Notes: generated by a model not told the origin, from the sequence alone. DNA of 64,000 nt from Ignavibacteriota bacterium (GCA_963701295.1 OY969585.1:2464001-2528000), one strand, 5' to 3'; positions 29,005 through 39,220 are shown, counted from the first letter of the stretch. A program made the numbers and translations.

Positions 29005-29508
29005 ATGAACACAATAGCTAGGCGGCTTGGATTGTTAGTATTCACGCTTTACATCGCGTGTATCGTATTCGCAAATGCTCAAATAAATCCTCATGGCAAA
29101 CCAATGGATACTAAGGTGGGGGCAATTGAGCACTATGCCCTCTGGCAAGATCATGGCGGGTGGCATCTCCGGACGATGACAAAGAAATTCGAACACCACT
29201 TCCGCGGAGTTATATCAGTAAAGGGAGGAGAATTCGTTGAGGTAAAGGGCTTCAAACTTGAACGGAGAGGACCACAAAGAGACTTATTCATCGAAGGCCC
29301 AGAGCACCATGTTATCAATTTTGACTTCTCGACCAAAGGGGGGATTGATGGTGTGGATTTCCGCGTAAAGGGAAAGGAACCTATGCTCTCCTTCACATTA
29401 ATGATCGGAGAGAAAGAGCCGAAATTTGAACCAGGCCGAATCTTCATCGGGAAAAATGGAAATCATCCATCATTCAACCCGTTCGAACTTCCTGCACACG
29501 GCAAGTAG
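29005..29508 (+). CDS. Secreted hypothetical protein (no attC of its own)
   Basis: AGGAG RBS, signal peptide; GWHLR and DGVDFRV motifs. Confidence 0.75.
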   Translation: MNTIARRLGLLVFTLYIACIVFANAQINPHGKPMDTKVGAIEHYALWQDHGGWHLRTMTKKFEHHFRGVISVKGGEFVEVKGFKLERRGPQRDLFIEGPEHHVINFDFSTKGGIDGVDFRVKGKEPMLSFTLMIGEKEPKFEPGRIFIGKNGNHPSFNPFELPAHGK

Positions 29509-29744
29509 AAACAACAAGGTTTAATAATCCCTGTAGCCTATGTGATACTGTGGAAGAGGTAGTATAATGTGTTCGAGTTCAAATGCACGATCAATAAAGA
29601 CCTCGTTAAAGTCGCACATTAGAGTCTGTAATTCTATCTGCAATGAATGAACTTGGATCGTTGTGGCAGTTTAGTTGCAGATAGGTATCTGCTTCGATTT
29701 TCTAATAGATCAATTTGCTAAAAAGAAGAAAGGATCACGTTTTA

Positions 29745-30521
29745 ATGTCAACTCGTGGACTTCATTGGATTATAGTCTTTTGTTGTATATGTCTGTATTC
29801 CTGCCATCATGCCACTGAAAATAATTCTCCTATTACATTTAATCATTCACTACCGGCGCTGACCGTGCCATGGACAAGTCAAAACTCTATAGTTTGTTTT
29901 GGCACAAGTCTTACTTATGGTTATGGCGCGGGAGGGAAGGGAGAACCACCAGGCCCAATTTGGGCAGGTTCTACAGGAAACAATACCGCTGTTGTCGATT
30001 CATCGTATCCGAGGTTTCTTCAGGAAGAGCTACGGATTAACGTTTTTAACCAAGGATATGTGGGAGCTCGGGCATCCTATGGAATAACTTTGCTTAACGA
30101 TAGTGTCCTTTCAAAAAAACCTGTACTCGTTTTCTTGGAATTCAGAGCAGATGAGTTTTTACAAGGAGTTGCAGCACATGATGTAGATTCTGTTTTGAGT
30201 TTGCTTGTTGTTGACATTGCACAGTCGGGTTCGCAAGTTATTCTTCTGAGTTTTGTCAATCCAGACATGACGAGGTTCATGGGAAGCGGATACTGGACAA
30301 CTCAGGATTCAATCCGAGCAATTGAATATTATAACATGTTATCTAATCTGTCAATTCGTTATTCGCTTCCATTCATTGATTATCCGCTTCGGGGAGTGTT
30401 TGGCTATCCACAATTGATGTCTGACAACTTACATCCCAACGGTGCTGGTTACAAAATAATGGAAGAGAATATTTTTCAAGCACTTAGTGCAACATTTCAA
30501 AAAAACGGAATGCTAAAATAG
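29745..30521 (+). CDS. Cassette 27: SGNH/GDSL hydrolase lipoprotein
   Basis: FGTSLTYG, NQG..G, DNLHPN..GY blocks. Confidence 0.85.
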   Translation: MSTRGLHWIIVFCCICLYSCHHATENNSPITFNHSLPALTVPWTSQNSIVCFGTSLTYGYGAGGKGEPPGPIWAGSTGNNTAVVDSSYPRFLQEELRINVFNQGYVGARASYGITLLNDSVLSKKPVLVFLEFRADEFLQGVAAHDVDSVLSLLVVDIAQSGSQVILLSFVNPDMTRFMGSGYWTTQDSIRAIEYYNMLSNLSIRYSLPFIDYPLRGVFGYPQLMSDNLHPNGAGYKIMEENIFQALSATFQKNGMLK

Positions 30522-30526
30522 CTGCC

Positions 30527-30707
30527 GCCTAACCTGCGGATCAAGCTGACGGTAAAAGCGCGAGTGCATTTTGCATTGCGCGTAGAGGTCAAGTGCAGAA
30601 TTGAAAGTGAAGTGAATGAACTTGGTTCGTTTAGTACATTATGGAAATTATCAGCGCCGCAGCTTACTTGTCCGCCGTCTTTTGGGCGGAGCGCCAGTCC
30701 GTTAGGC
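30527..30707 (+). repeat. attC 27 with a 24-bp hairpin insertion
   Basis: GCCTAAC..GTTAGGC; extra CTTGTCCGCCGTCTTTTGGGCGGA at 30667-30690. Confidence 0.88.
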
Positions 30708-30738
30708 GTATTTTTTAATAAAATAAAAGGAATATTCT

Positions 30739-31413
30739 ATGAAAAACTTCTTTTGGGCTCTATTTGCTTTTTGTGTTGTTACCGCACATGCTCAGCAAAA
30801 TCAAAAATATATAACTATAAATGGAACATCCGAGCTTATACGCTCAGCTGATCAAATTAATTTTACTGTTCAAATAAAAATAATTGACGTGACTGTTGAG
30901 GAAAGTAAAAGAACTAATGACAAATATCTAAATGAATTATTGACAATATTAAAAAATATAGGATTCAATTCTAACGATATAGAAGTATCATCAATAATAC
31001 TTGGAAAAAATTATGAGGTTATAAGCGGAGAAAGAAAACAAAAAGGGTTTTACACAGAAGTACATGTCTCTTTCTTACTTAGGGATTTATCAAAATATTA
31101 TGAACTTACCAATAGAATAGCATCAAGTAATGCTTTTGAAATTGTAAACTCAAGTTATAATATTTCGGATTATGAACTTCAGTATAAATTGGCATATGAA
31201 AAAGCTTTGAAAGCAGCTAAGGATAAAGCAGAATACATGACACAAACCTTAGGACTAAAATTGGGAGATGTTTTAGAAATTGATGAAAATAATAATTGGC
31301 AAAGTTATTCTGCTACATCGAATACTATTACAAGAGAAAATTCACCAACTAGTGATATTTCTGGGAAAGTTACAATCCGAAGAAGCGTAAGAGTCAAGTT
31401 TGCTATAAATTAA
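30739..31413 (+). CDS. Cassette 28: SIMPL (DUF541) domain protein
   Basis: ITINGTSE...AD, ALKAAKDKAE.....G.KLG.V.EI.E, V.VKF. Confidence 0.9.
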   Translation: MKNFFWALFAFCVVTAHAQQNQKYITINGTSELIRSADQINFTVQIKIIDVTVEESKRTNDKYLNELLTILKNIGFNSNDIEVSSIILGKNYEVISGERKQKGFYTEVHVSFLLRDLSKYYELTNRIASSNAFEIVNSSYNISDYELQYKLAYEKALKAAKDKAEYMTQTLGLKLGDVLEIDENNNWQSYSATSNTITRENSPTSDISGKVTIRRSVRVKFAIN

Positions 31414-31419
31414 AAATAC

Positions 31420-31576
31420 ACCTAACCAGGCGCTCAAGCTGACGGAGTGAGCGTAGGTGCATTTTGCATTGCGCGTAGAGGTCAAGTGCAGAATTGAAAG
31501 TGAAGTGAATGAACTTGGTTCGTTTAGTACATTATGGAAGTTATCAGTGCTGCAGCTTAGCGCCGATCCGTTAGGC
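31420..31576 (+). repeat. attC 28 (157 bp), last in array
   Basis: ACCTAAC..GTTAGGC; interior nearly identical to attC 27. Confidence 0.9.
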
Positions 31577-31655
31577 AGACGCATCAAAATATGTTTTTGT
31601 AATATCTATTTGAGGGCAGGTCACCACAGACGCTTTCCTTGATCTACCTTTGATG

Positions 31656-33407
31656 TTACTTCAGCAACATCATCTTCTTTGTTAACACTGTGCTTCCAGC
31701 TTCTAATTTATAGAAATAAACACCGCTAGCAAAGTTCTTTGCATCAAAAGTAATGGTCTGAGATCCAGCATTCCTCGTTCCATTTACCAATACTGCAACT
31801 TGCTCTCCTAATAAATTATAAACTGCAAGCCTTACTTTCTCAGTTTTTGCAAGTTCGAAAGTAATTTTTGTGGATGGGTTGAAAGGATTCGGATAGTTCT
31901 GTTCCAGTTTGTAGCTACTGACGACAGACGATGGTTTCCCATTTACGCCCGTAACAATCGCGGAACCCAGCTTTGCATAACCCCAAATGCCTGCATTTGC
32001 CCACGAATTGTTTGAACTATTCCACCATTTTTCCATACCTCCGCGTCCTACTGATGCGTCATTGGAATTATCTTTCTGTAATTCGAATCCGAATGGAGCA
32101 TTAAAATTTGTTCCGTCAATTCCAAGAGCTGCAAGAGGAATCTTCACTTCCAAATAATAACCGCTTCCTTCTTCAGTGATGACGCCATTATTGCCTACCA
32201 TATCATGATCGACCATTTTGAATTGAATACCGGTTGTATCAACAGTAGTCCCGAACGCGGTACCGATATTCCCAACTTCCTTGCCCTCTAGCCAATGAGG
32301 AATAGTAAACTGGTATTGACCAGCTGCTAAGGAAGTCTCTGTCGCATGGTTATTGGATCCGTCAAAGTAGAGTTCAACAGCATCTTGGTTCCATGCGGCG
32401 TTCGTCGGAACATCTACAAGAACCTGATCCACAACATCGCAAAATAGGTACATATTATTATCGTCATAAAGTGGACGAACTGTAATGAATGAACCGAACA
32501 TTGGATCTGTATCTACAACCGGACTTTCTGCAGTGGGAGGATCTCCAACTCTAAACAAATTCATTGTAACAGCATTTGCTTGTTTATAGATCGGATCCAT
32601 TACTCCGTCAACAGTTATAGTTGTACCGGTAGGCACTTTGCTTATTTCAAATACAGTATCTACACTTCTACTGGAAAGAATAGCGGTGCCCCAAATGCCT
32701 GCATTTGCCCACGAATTGTTTGAACTACTCCACCATTTCGACATGGATTGTCGTCCAATTGTCGCGTCATCCGATTCGTCTTGTTGTAATTCCCAACCAA
32801 TATTTGCATTATCCGCCGTTGTGCCATCAATGCCTAAAGCTGCAAGAGGAATCTTTACTTCAAGCATCCAGCCGGGGAAACCTAGAGTATCACCCACATC
32901 GGAAATTTTGAATTGAATACCGGTTGTGTCAATAGTAGTCCCAAACGCGGTACCGATATGCCCAACTTCTTGGCCCTTTAGCCAATGAGGAATAGTAAAC
33001 TGGTATTGACCAGCTGCTAAGGAAGTCTCTGTGGCATGGTTATCGGATCCATCAATGTAGATTTCGATAGCATCTTGGTTCCAATTGGCGTTCGTCGGAA
33101 CATCTATGAGAATATCATCTATTGAGTAGAACAAAATATAAAGATTATTCGCATCCCACATTGCTTTGCTCATACCAGTAAGACCAGCACCGCTATCAGC
33201 TCCGCTCGTTGCAGTTGGAGGATCGCCAACATTGTAAATCCGCTGCATATTCCAGTCGAGAGTTTTCCATACATTGTCTTGTAGGCCGTCGATCACTGGT
33301 GCCACTGCTGTTTTAGGAATTTGATACACACTGTCATTCACTATCTTTGCTTCAACTAGACTGGCAACAAAAACCAGACAAAGAAGAAATAATAGTACAT
33401 TTTTCAT
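31656..33407 (-). CDS. Secreted protein with two CBM9-like sugar-binding domains and T9SS-type CTD
   Basis: PVIDG..D..W, WD.NNLY, WNQDAIEIYIDG, LEVKIPL duplicated; likely start MKNVLL at 33407. Confidence 0.85.
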   Translation of the reverse strand: MKNVLLFLLCLVFVASLVEAKIVNDSVYQIPKTAVAPVIDGLQDNVWKTLDWNMQRIYNVGDPPTATSGADSGAGLTGMSKAMWDANNLYILFYSIDDILIDVPTNANWNQDAIEIYIDGSDNHATETSLAAGQYQFTIPHWLKGQEVGHIGTAFGTTIDTTGIQFKISDVGDTLGFPGWMLEVKIPLAALGIDGTTADNANIGWELQQDESDDATIGRQSMSKWWSSSNNSWANAGIWGTAILSSRSVDTVFEISKVPTGTTITVDGVMDPIYKQANAVTMNLFRVGDPPTAESPVVDTDPMFGSFITVRPLYDDNNMYLFCDVVDQVLVDVPTNAAWNQDAVELYFDGSNNHATETSLAAGQYQFTIPHWLEGKEVGNIGTAFGTTVDTTGIQFKMVDHDMVGNNGVITEEGSGYYLEVKIPLAALGIDGTNFNAPFGFELQKDNSNDASVGRGGMEKWWNSSNNSWANAGIWGYAKLGSAIVTGVNGKPSSVVSSYKLEQNYPNPFNPSTKITFELAKTEKVRLAVYNLLGEQVAVLVNGTRNAGSQTITFDAKNFASGVYFYKLEAGSTVLTKKMMLLK

Positions 33408-33696
33408 GTTGTTTTCTCCAAAATTGTTTTTTTGAATTATTTGATCTAGCAGGTATCCAAAGATATCATTTAGATTTTTTCCCCCCATTTTAAAAACTCC
33501 TCCTTTCTTAATCGTTGGTGACCAGTTTCTTCCTTTATGTACCTCCTTTCCTCTATATATGATGACCTTCACACAACTGGATAGATAATACCTTAACTGT
33601 ACGATAATTGTTTATTATATAGAAATCACTTGTTTTTTTGAGCTAATGTGTTTCTATCATACCTCAAACGAAATCCTTTACGGTGTCCTGCCATAG

Positions 33697-33975
33697 TATG
33701 GTGTTCCATTTCTATCTAAAATCAATCCAAACCTGCTAACAAAAAAGTTCAAGAAAGCAGTTAAAAAGTCAAAGCTCAAAGATCAGCGACTTCATTTTCA
33801 TTCACTTAGGCATACTTTTGCAAGCTGGTTGGCACGAAAGGGGACAAGCATTTACGAAATTCAAAAACTTCTCGGTCACTCCGACATTAAAACCACTCAG
33901 ATATACGCCCATCTTCTTCCCAATGAACTACACAATACGGTAGCGAAGTTAGAGGGAATGGTTCCATCCTATTAA
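33697..33975 (+). pseudogene. Tyrosine integrase C-terminal remnant
   Basis: Translates HFHSLRHTFASWLARKGTSIYEIQKLLGHSDIKTTQIYAHL; no start or N-terminal part. Confidence 0.88.
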
Positions 33976-34010
33976 ACAACTTGACAGCGCCAGATGTACA
34001 AACCATCTTC

Positions 34011-34039
34011 TTGTTTTCGCATTTATTGTTTTGTATTTT
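34011..34039 (+). promoter_or_regulatory. Candidate sigma70 promoter upstream of leader and tRNA-Arg(TCG)
   Basis: TTGTTT-17-TATTTT; equivalent TTGAAT-17-TATATT upstream of the other tRNA. Confidence 0.45.
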
Positions 34040-34088
34040 AGGTATGACTCAATGAAGCAGCTTCCGATAGAATGAAAGAGAACTTATA

Positions 34089-34139
34089 CCCGAAAGGTTG
34101 AAACGCCAGGTATCAAGAGACCGGAGGCTCGTTTCGCTC
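34089..34139 (+). ncRNA. Conserved structured leader element upstream of tRNA-Arg (copy 1)
   Basis: CCGAAAGGTTGAAACGC...CGTTTCGCT, homologous to 39221-39270 on the minus strand. Confidence 0.45.
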
Positions 34140-34253
34140 GGTGTTACTTATTCGTGGCAGATTGAGTACTAATTTAAGCACTGTCAGAGTGAATTAAAAT
34201 CAAAGGTTCACTCAGGACGAAAAAAGAAACGCAGAATATAGATTGTTTTCAAT

Positions 34254-34327
34254 GCACCCGTAGCTCAACTGGATAGAGCATCAGCCTTCGGAGCTGAGGG
34301 TTGGGGGTTCGACTCCCTCCGGGTGTA
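34254..34327 (+). tRNA. tRNA-Arg(TCG)
   Basis: Cloverleaf; anticodon arm TCAGC-CTTCGGA-GCTGA; GGTTCGA T-loop. Confidence 0.95.
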
Positions 34328-34394
34328 CATCGAAAGAAAAAAACGCCTCCTTCCATCAGGGGGCGTTGATGTTTTTAAGGGAAGTGAAAAAACA

Positions 34395-34886
34395 ATGCCT
34401 TCAGTGCATGAACAATGGATGAAAGCTGCACTTCGAGAAGCGCAATCTGCTTACGATGCTGACGAGGTGCCGGTGGGGGCTGTCATTGTGCTTGAAGGAA
34501 AAATTATTGGCCGCGGGTATAACCAAATAGAACAACTGAAGGATCCGACTGCACATGCCGAAATGATTGCAATTACCGCCGCTTCCAATCATCTGCAATC
34601 AAGACGGTTAGAACAATGCACATTGTATATTACGCTTGAACCATGTCCGATGTGTGCAGGCGCAATAGTGCTCGCACGAATTCCTACACTTGTCTTTGGA
34701 GTATTCGATCCGAAAGCGGGTGCTTGTGGTACGCTATATAATATCACAGAAGATAAACGGCTTAATCACACTGTCCATGTTATCAGCGGTATTTACGACG
34801 GGGAAAGTGAAGCTCTATTGAAAAAGTTCTTTTCGAAAGTTCGAAAGTCTTCTAAAATAAAAAAAATAAACTATCTTGGACCTTGA
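34395..34886 (+). CDS. tadA: tRNA adenosine(34) deaminase
   Basis: [27 protein letters not shown]. Confidence 0.95.
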   Translation: MPSVHEQWMKAALREAQSAYDADEVPVGAVIVLEGKIIGRGYNQIEQLKDPTAHAEMIAITAASNHLQSRRLEQCTLYITLEPCPMCAGAIVLARIPTLVFGVFDPKAGACGTLYNITEDKRLNHTVHVISGIYDGESEALLKKFFSKVRKSSKIKKINYLGP

Positions 34887-34901
34887 TCTGACGTAGTTTA
34901 T

Positions 34902-35972
34902 TTATGCAGTGACATTCTGAAGTTTTTCTGCATTGTCGGCGATCCGCAGCTTCTCAATTAACTCATCTAATTCACCATTAATGATGTGATCCAAACTATA
35001 AATCGTAAAACCGATGCGATGATCCGTCAGCCGGTTTTGTGGAAAATTATAAGTACGGATCTTGTCGCTTCGATCGCCGCTTTTCACCATCAATTTTCGT
35101 GTCGCTGCTGTTGACTTCGTTTGTTCTTCAAGTTTCATTTCATAGAGTTTGGCACGCAGCATCTTCATCGCCCGTTCACGGTTCTGAAATTGCGAACGTT
35201 CCTGCTGGCAGGCGACAATAATACCGCTGGGCTTATGCGTAATACGGACGGCCGTTTCTACTTTGTTCACATTCTGACCGCCTTTTCCGCCCGAACGATA
35301 AGTATCCAACTGAAGATCGGCAGGATTGATTTCCACTTCCACTTCTTCAACTTCGGGCAGCACTACGACAGACGCCGCTGAAGTATGTACGCGTCCTTGT
35401 GCTTCCGTTTCAGGAACCCGTTGAACACGATGCACACCGCTTTCATATTTCATCACACCGAATGCACCATCTCCCGAAACAGCAAACGAGATTTCCTTGA
35501 AACCTCCTTTTCCGGTTTCACTCCAATACATCAGTTCAACTTTCCAACCTTTGCGCTCAGCATATCGGGTGTACATCCGGTAAAGGTCTGCTGCAAACAA
35601 GGCTGCTTCTTCGCCGCCTGTACCGGCTCGAATTTCCATAATAAAATTTTTCGTATCGTTCGGATCAGGTGGAATCAATAACAACTTCAGCTCGTCTTCT
35701 AATTGAACTATTTGGACCTTCAACCGATCATATTCTTCTTGTGCAAGAACCTTCATATCTGGATCGCTTGTAGAATCCAGCAGTTCTTTACTGCCGTTTA
35801 AATCGTGGAAAATCTTTTTGTAGCGTAATCCGGTTTTGACGATTTGCTCCAACGAGCGAAATTCTTTCCCCAACTCACGGCTCTTTTGCTGATCAGCAAT
35901 AATAACCGGATTGCTCATCAGCGTGTTTACTTCATCGTAGCGATGGAAAATTTTTTCCAGTTTGTCAATCAT
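34902..35972 (-). CDS. prfA: Peptide chain release factor 1
   Basis: GGQ, PET recognition motif, IRTYNFPQ. Confidence 0.97.
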   Translation of the reverse strand: MIDKLEKIFHRYDEVNTLMSNPVIIADQQKSRELGKEFRSLEQIVKTGLRYKKIFHDLNGSKELLDSTSDPDMKVLAQEEYDRLKVQIVQLEDELKLLLIPPDPNDTKNFIMEIRAGTGGEEAALFAADLYRMYTRYAERKGWKVELMYWSETGKGGFKEISFAVSGDGAFGVMKYESGVHRVQRVPETEAQGRVHTSAASVVVLPEVEEVEVEINPADLQLDTYRSGGKGGQNVNKVETAVRITHKPSGIIVACQQERSQFQNRERAMKMLRAKLYEMKLEEQTKSTAATRKLMVKSGDRSDKIRTYNFPQNRLTDHRIGFTIYSLDHIINGELDELIEKLRIADNAEKLQNVTA

Positions 35973-35979
35973 AGACTCT

Positions 35980-37056
35980 TCACATTTTGTTCGTTAAAGA
36001 TAATGTATTGATACTGCCGGAATCCGGCTGCAGAATATATTTTGAAGGATCTTCCTGACCCAAGGCACAACGGAGCGCAATCAATGCGACTTCGATTTGT
36101 GCTGTATCCGGTTCTTTGGTCGTAATCTTCTGAAGCAGTAAGCCGAGAGCGATTATAATCCTGCCCCACCATGTTGTGCTGTGCTTTGCAGAGAATTTTA
36201 TGATCTCATATGCTATGCCGCCTACAATCGGAATGAACGGCAGATGTGTGAAGAGGCGAACCGGAAGAGTAAGAGTTCCCAGCAATTTTAAAAGAAATAT
36301 ATCAAGCACGCTGAATGACAAAATCGCAACAAAAGCCACGATGAGCAGAAAACTTGTTCCGCATCGTGGATGGAAACGGCTGTATATTTTTACTGATTCA
36401 GGTACAAGCAGAGATTTTAATTCGAAAGCAAACACTGATTTATGTTCAGCACCATGGTATCGGAACAACCGCTGAACGTCTTTCATAAGCGAAATTCCGG
36501 CCAAATAGAGAAGCAGAATCGTGATACGAATAGCACCCGCCGTAAGATTGAATGCTACAGCGGTCTGCTCAATAGCAAACACTTTTGTCGTGAGATATAA
36601 TGGGACAATGAAGAATATTCCGATGCCAAGCGTGAGCGCAAAAAATAGTGTTCCAATAAGAGCAAGGTTCGATTGGGACTCGGTCTTCTTTTCAGAACCA
36701 TTTCCTTTGACATTGTTCTTCTCTTTTCCTTTTTCCGTATCAACATCAAGCATAGCAATCTCGGCTGAGAAATTGAGTGTCTTTATACCAAGGTACATCA
36801 TATCAATAAGTCCGATTGCGCCTCGTACGACAGGAACATTCAACCATGTATATTTTTCGGTGACCGATTTGTATTGTTGTTGCTGTACAATAACCTGGCC
36901 GTTTGCACGCCGTACTGCTGTTGCTACAGAACCAGGTGCACGCATCATGACGCCTTCAATGACTGCTTGACCGCCGACCTGCATAGGTTTATTAGGATCA
37001 TAATCGGGGTTTGTGGGAATCCATTCTTGTTTTTCTTTTTCCTGCACGAGCATCAC
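35980..37056 (-). CDS. DUF1385 membrane protein
   Basis: [26 protein letters not shown]; typical prfA neighbour. Confidence 0.92.
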   Translation of the reverse strand: MMLVQEKEKQEWIPTNPDYDPNKPMQVGGQAVIEGVMMRAPGSVATAVRRANGQVIVQQQQYKSVTEKYTWLNVPVVRGAIGLIDMMYLGIKTLNFSAEIAMLDVDTEKGKEKNNVKGNGSEKKTESQSNLALIGTLFFALTLGIGIFFIVPLYLTTKVFAIEQTAVAFNLTAGAIRITILLLYLAGISLMKDVQRLFRYHGAEHKSVFAFELKSLLVPESVKIYSRFHPRCGTSFLLIVAFVAILSFSVLDIFLLKLLGTLTLPVRLFTHLPFIPIVGGIAYEIIKFSAKHSTTWWGRIIIALGLLLQKITTKEPDTAQIEVALIALRCALGQEDPSKYILQPDSGSINTLSLTNKM

Positions 37057-37137
37057 CTCATCTTTCTTATGAAATATACGGAAGTTTTTCTATGCTAACA
37101 ATTTGAGACGAAAGAGAAGTTTGGCTACATTGAATCA

Positions 37138-38982
37138 GTGAAGCAAATATCAAATATACGGCGCATAGAACTGCTCGCTCCTGCTAAAGATTTAGAAAGC
37201 GGAAAGGCCGCTATTAACCATGGTGCCGACGCAGTGTACGTCGGTGCTCCTAAGTTTGGTGCTCGTGCTGCCGCGGGAAATTCATTGAATGATATTGCTA
37301 AACTCATTCAGTATGCTCATCGTTACTGGGTGAAAGTGTACGTTGCGCTTAATACGATTCTTTTTGATGATGAATTAGATGAGGCGCAAGCAATTGTCCA
37401 ATCCCTTTTTGAAGCCGGAGCTGATGCTTTGATTATTCAGGACATGGGATTACTGGAACTTGACTTGCCGCCTATTTCCCTTTTTGCCAGCACACAGACA
37501 CATAATTATGCGCTGGAGAAAATTCAATTCCTTGAGAAAGTTGGATTTCAACGCGTCATTCTTGCACGTGAATTGTCATTAAAACAATTGATCGAAATTC
37601 GTACAAACACTACAATTGATTTGGAATTCTTTATTCATGGAGCACTCTGTGTCAGTTTCAGCGGACAATGTTACCTGAGTCAAGCGACACAAGGGAGAAG
37701 TGCCAACCGTGGAGCGTGTGCCCAGCCATGCCGCTTGCCCTATACATTGTTGGACGGCAGTGGAAAGATTCTGGCAAAAGATAAATATCTTCTTTCTCTC
37801 AAAGATCTCAATCTCTCAGAGTATCTTAAAGATTTGATCAATGCAGGTGTTTCATCGTTCAAGATTGAAGGAAGATTAAAGGATATGAATTATATAAAAA
37901 ATGTCACAGCATTCTATCGACAACGAATTGATGAGATTTTAGAAACAGATTCGTCTCTTTCGAGTGCGTCATCAGGACGGACAATGCCGGCGTTTCGACC
38001 CGATCCGTCAAAGACGTTTAATCGCGGATTCACCGATTATTTTATCCGGCGCCGGAACAAAGATATTCTTTCGTCTCACACACCAAAATCGGTTGGAGCT
38101 TGTTTAGGAAAAGCCGGAAAGGTACGGCGAGATCACTTTCTTCTCGAGACTACAGAAACATTGCATAACGGTGATGGCATATGTTTTTTCGATCAACAAG
38201 AAGTACTCTGTGGCACTCATATTAACAAAGTAGAAAGAAATAAAATTTACCCTTCTGAATTTAAAGGAATTGAAGAAGAGACAATGATCTACCGAAACTA
38301 CGATCATCAGTTCGCTAAAATACTTCAAGAAAATAAAACGAAACGTCTTATCAATGTGAAAATGCAATTTGAAGAAACTGAAAGTGGTTTTATCCTCAGT
38401 ATTGAGGATGGCGATAATGTGAAGGTCTCCGTTGTTCAAAACAATAAAAAAACTCCTGCAAAGAACCTAGGTGCAGCAGAGGAGACGGTTCGGCGTCAGC
38501 TTATGAAATTAGGAGATTCGATCTTCGTTTCAGAAAAGCTTACTATTATCTGGAGCCAGCCATATTTCATACCGGTCAGTGTTTGCAACGAATTGCGGCG
38601 TCAAGCGATTGCTCAATTGGAAGAAAAACGAAAGAAGAGATTTCCACAGCATCATTCAAGCATCCTTCCGAACAGTGAACCATATTCGACGACACGCTTA
38701 GACTATTCTGCAAATGTTGCGAACAAGAAGTCAGAGTCGTTTTATCGTAAGCACGGCGTTGAGATCATCGACCCGGCATTTGAACTTCAGCATAGGAAGA
38801 GAGCGACTGTTATGACGATGAAGCATTGTCTGCGATTTCAATACGGTCTTTGTACCGGTCAAGGTACTGCCGACGCTGATACGCTTTTCCTTCAAGATGC
38901 TAAGAATACGTATCGATTGGAATTTGATTGTGAAGTATGTCAGATGAAAATCGTGTTTGAAAAGAATGCCAGAGAGAAATGA
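37138..38982 (+). CDS. U32 family peptidase-like protein with long C-terminal extension (RlhA-like)
   Basis: ELLAPA, HGALCVSFSGQC, NRGACAQPCR, KIEGR. Confidence 0.92.
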   Translation: MKQISNIRRIELLAPAKDLESGKAAINHGADAVYVGAPKFGARAAAGNSLNDIAKLIQYAHRYWVKVYVALNTILFDDELDEAQAIVQSLFEAGADALIIQDMGLLELDLPPISLFASTQTHNYALEKIQFLEKVGFQRVILARELSLKQLIEIRTNTTIDLEFFIHGALCVSFSGQCYLSQATQGRSANRGACAQPCRLPYTLLDGSGKILAKDKYLLSLKDLNLSEYLKDLINAGVSSFKIEGRLKDMNYIKNVTAFYRQRIDEILETDSSLSSASSGRTMPAFRPDPSKTFNRGFTDYFIRRRNKDILSSHTPKSVGACLGKAGKVRRDHFLLETTETLHNGDGICFFDQQEVLCGTHINKVERNKIYPSEFKGIEEETMIYRNYDHQFAKILQENKTKRLINVKMQFEETESGFILSIEDGDNVKVSVVQNNKKTPAKNLGAAEETVRRQLMKLGDSIFVSEKLTIIWSQPYFIPVSVCNELRRQAIAQLEEKRKKRFPQHHSSILPNSEPYSTTRLDYSANVANKKSESFYRKHGVEIIDPAFELQHRKRATVMTMKHCLRFQYGLCTGQGTADADTLFLQDAKNTYRLEFDCEVCQMKIVFEKNAREK

Positions 38983-39032
38983 AGAAGACTTGGTATGCAC
39001 AGGAAAGCCTGTTGTGAACGGGCTTTTAGTTG

Positions 39033-39106
39033 TGCACCCGGAGGGAGTCGAACCCCCAACCTACAGCTCCGTAGGCTGCCGCTCTATCCAATTGAGCTAC
39101 GGGTGC
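39033..39106 (-). tRNA. tRNA-Arg(ACG)
   Basis: Cloverleaf; anticodon arm GCAGC-CTACGGA-GCTGT. Confidence 0.95.
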
Positions 39107-39220
39107 ATTCTAATATTCGTTAATTTCTACAACTGCCTTCTTTTTGAGTGAATGGAAAAAACCTCTTTTTCACTCCGATGGTAACCAATTTAGTAACTAG
39201 TGCTATAAACTAAAAACGTT

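Larger units (their letters stand above)
821..31576 (+). mobile_element. Integron gene-cassette array (26 cassettes to 28459, plus 2 more at ~29690-31576); no intI in window
   Basis: Co-oriented ORFs separated by conserved NNCTAAC...CTCAAGCTGAC...GCAGCTTAG...CCGTTAG attC sites. Confidence 0.95.

Noticed and set aside
1430-31576. CRISPR array interpretation of the recurring repeats
   Set aside because: Repeats are 150-200 bp imperfect palindromes separated by whole genes, i.e. attC sites; no cas genes
33697-33975. Possible integron integrase for the array
   Set aside because: Fragment only, at the distal end; FASWL..G.SIYEIQKLLGH is phage/island type, not the IntI-type FATHLL..GYDIRTVQELLGH
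34089-34107. CCCGAAAGGTTGAAAC resembling a CRISPR repeat end
   Set aside because: Only two isolated copies 5 kb apart, no spacers
38957-39151. 64-aa ORF
   Set aside because: Antisense overlap with tRNA-Arg(ACG)
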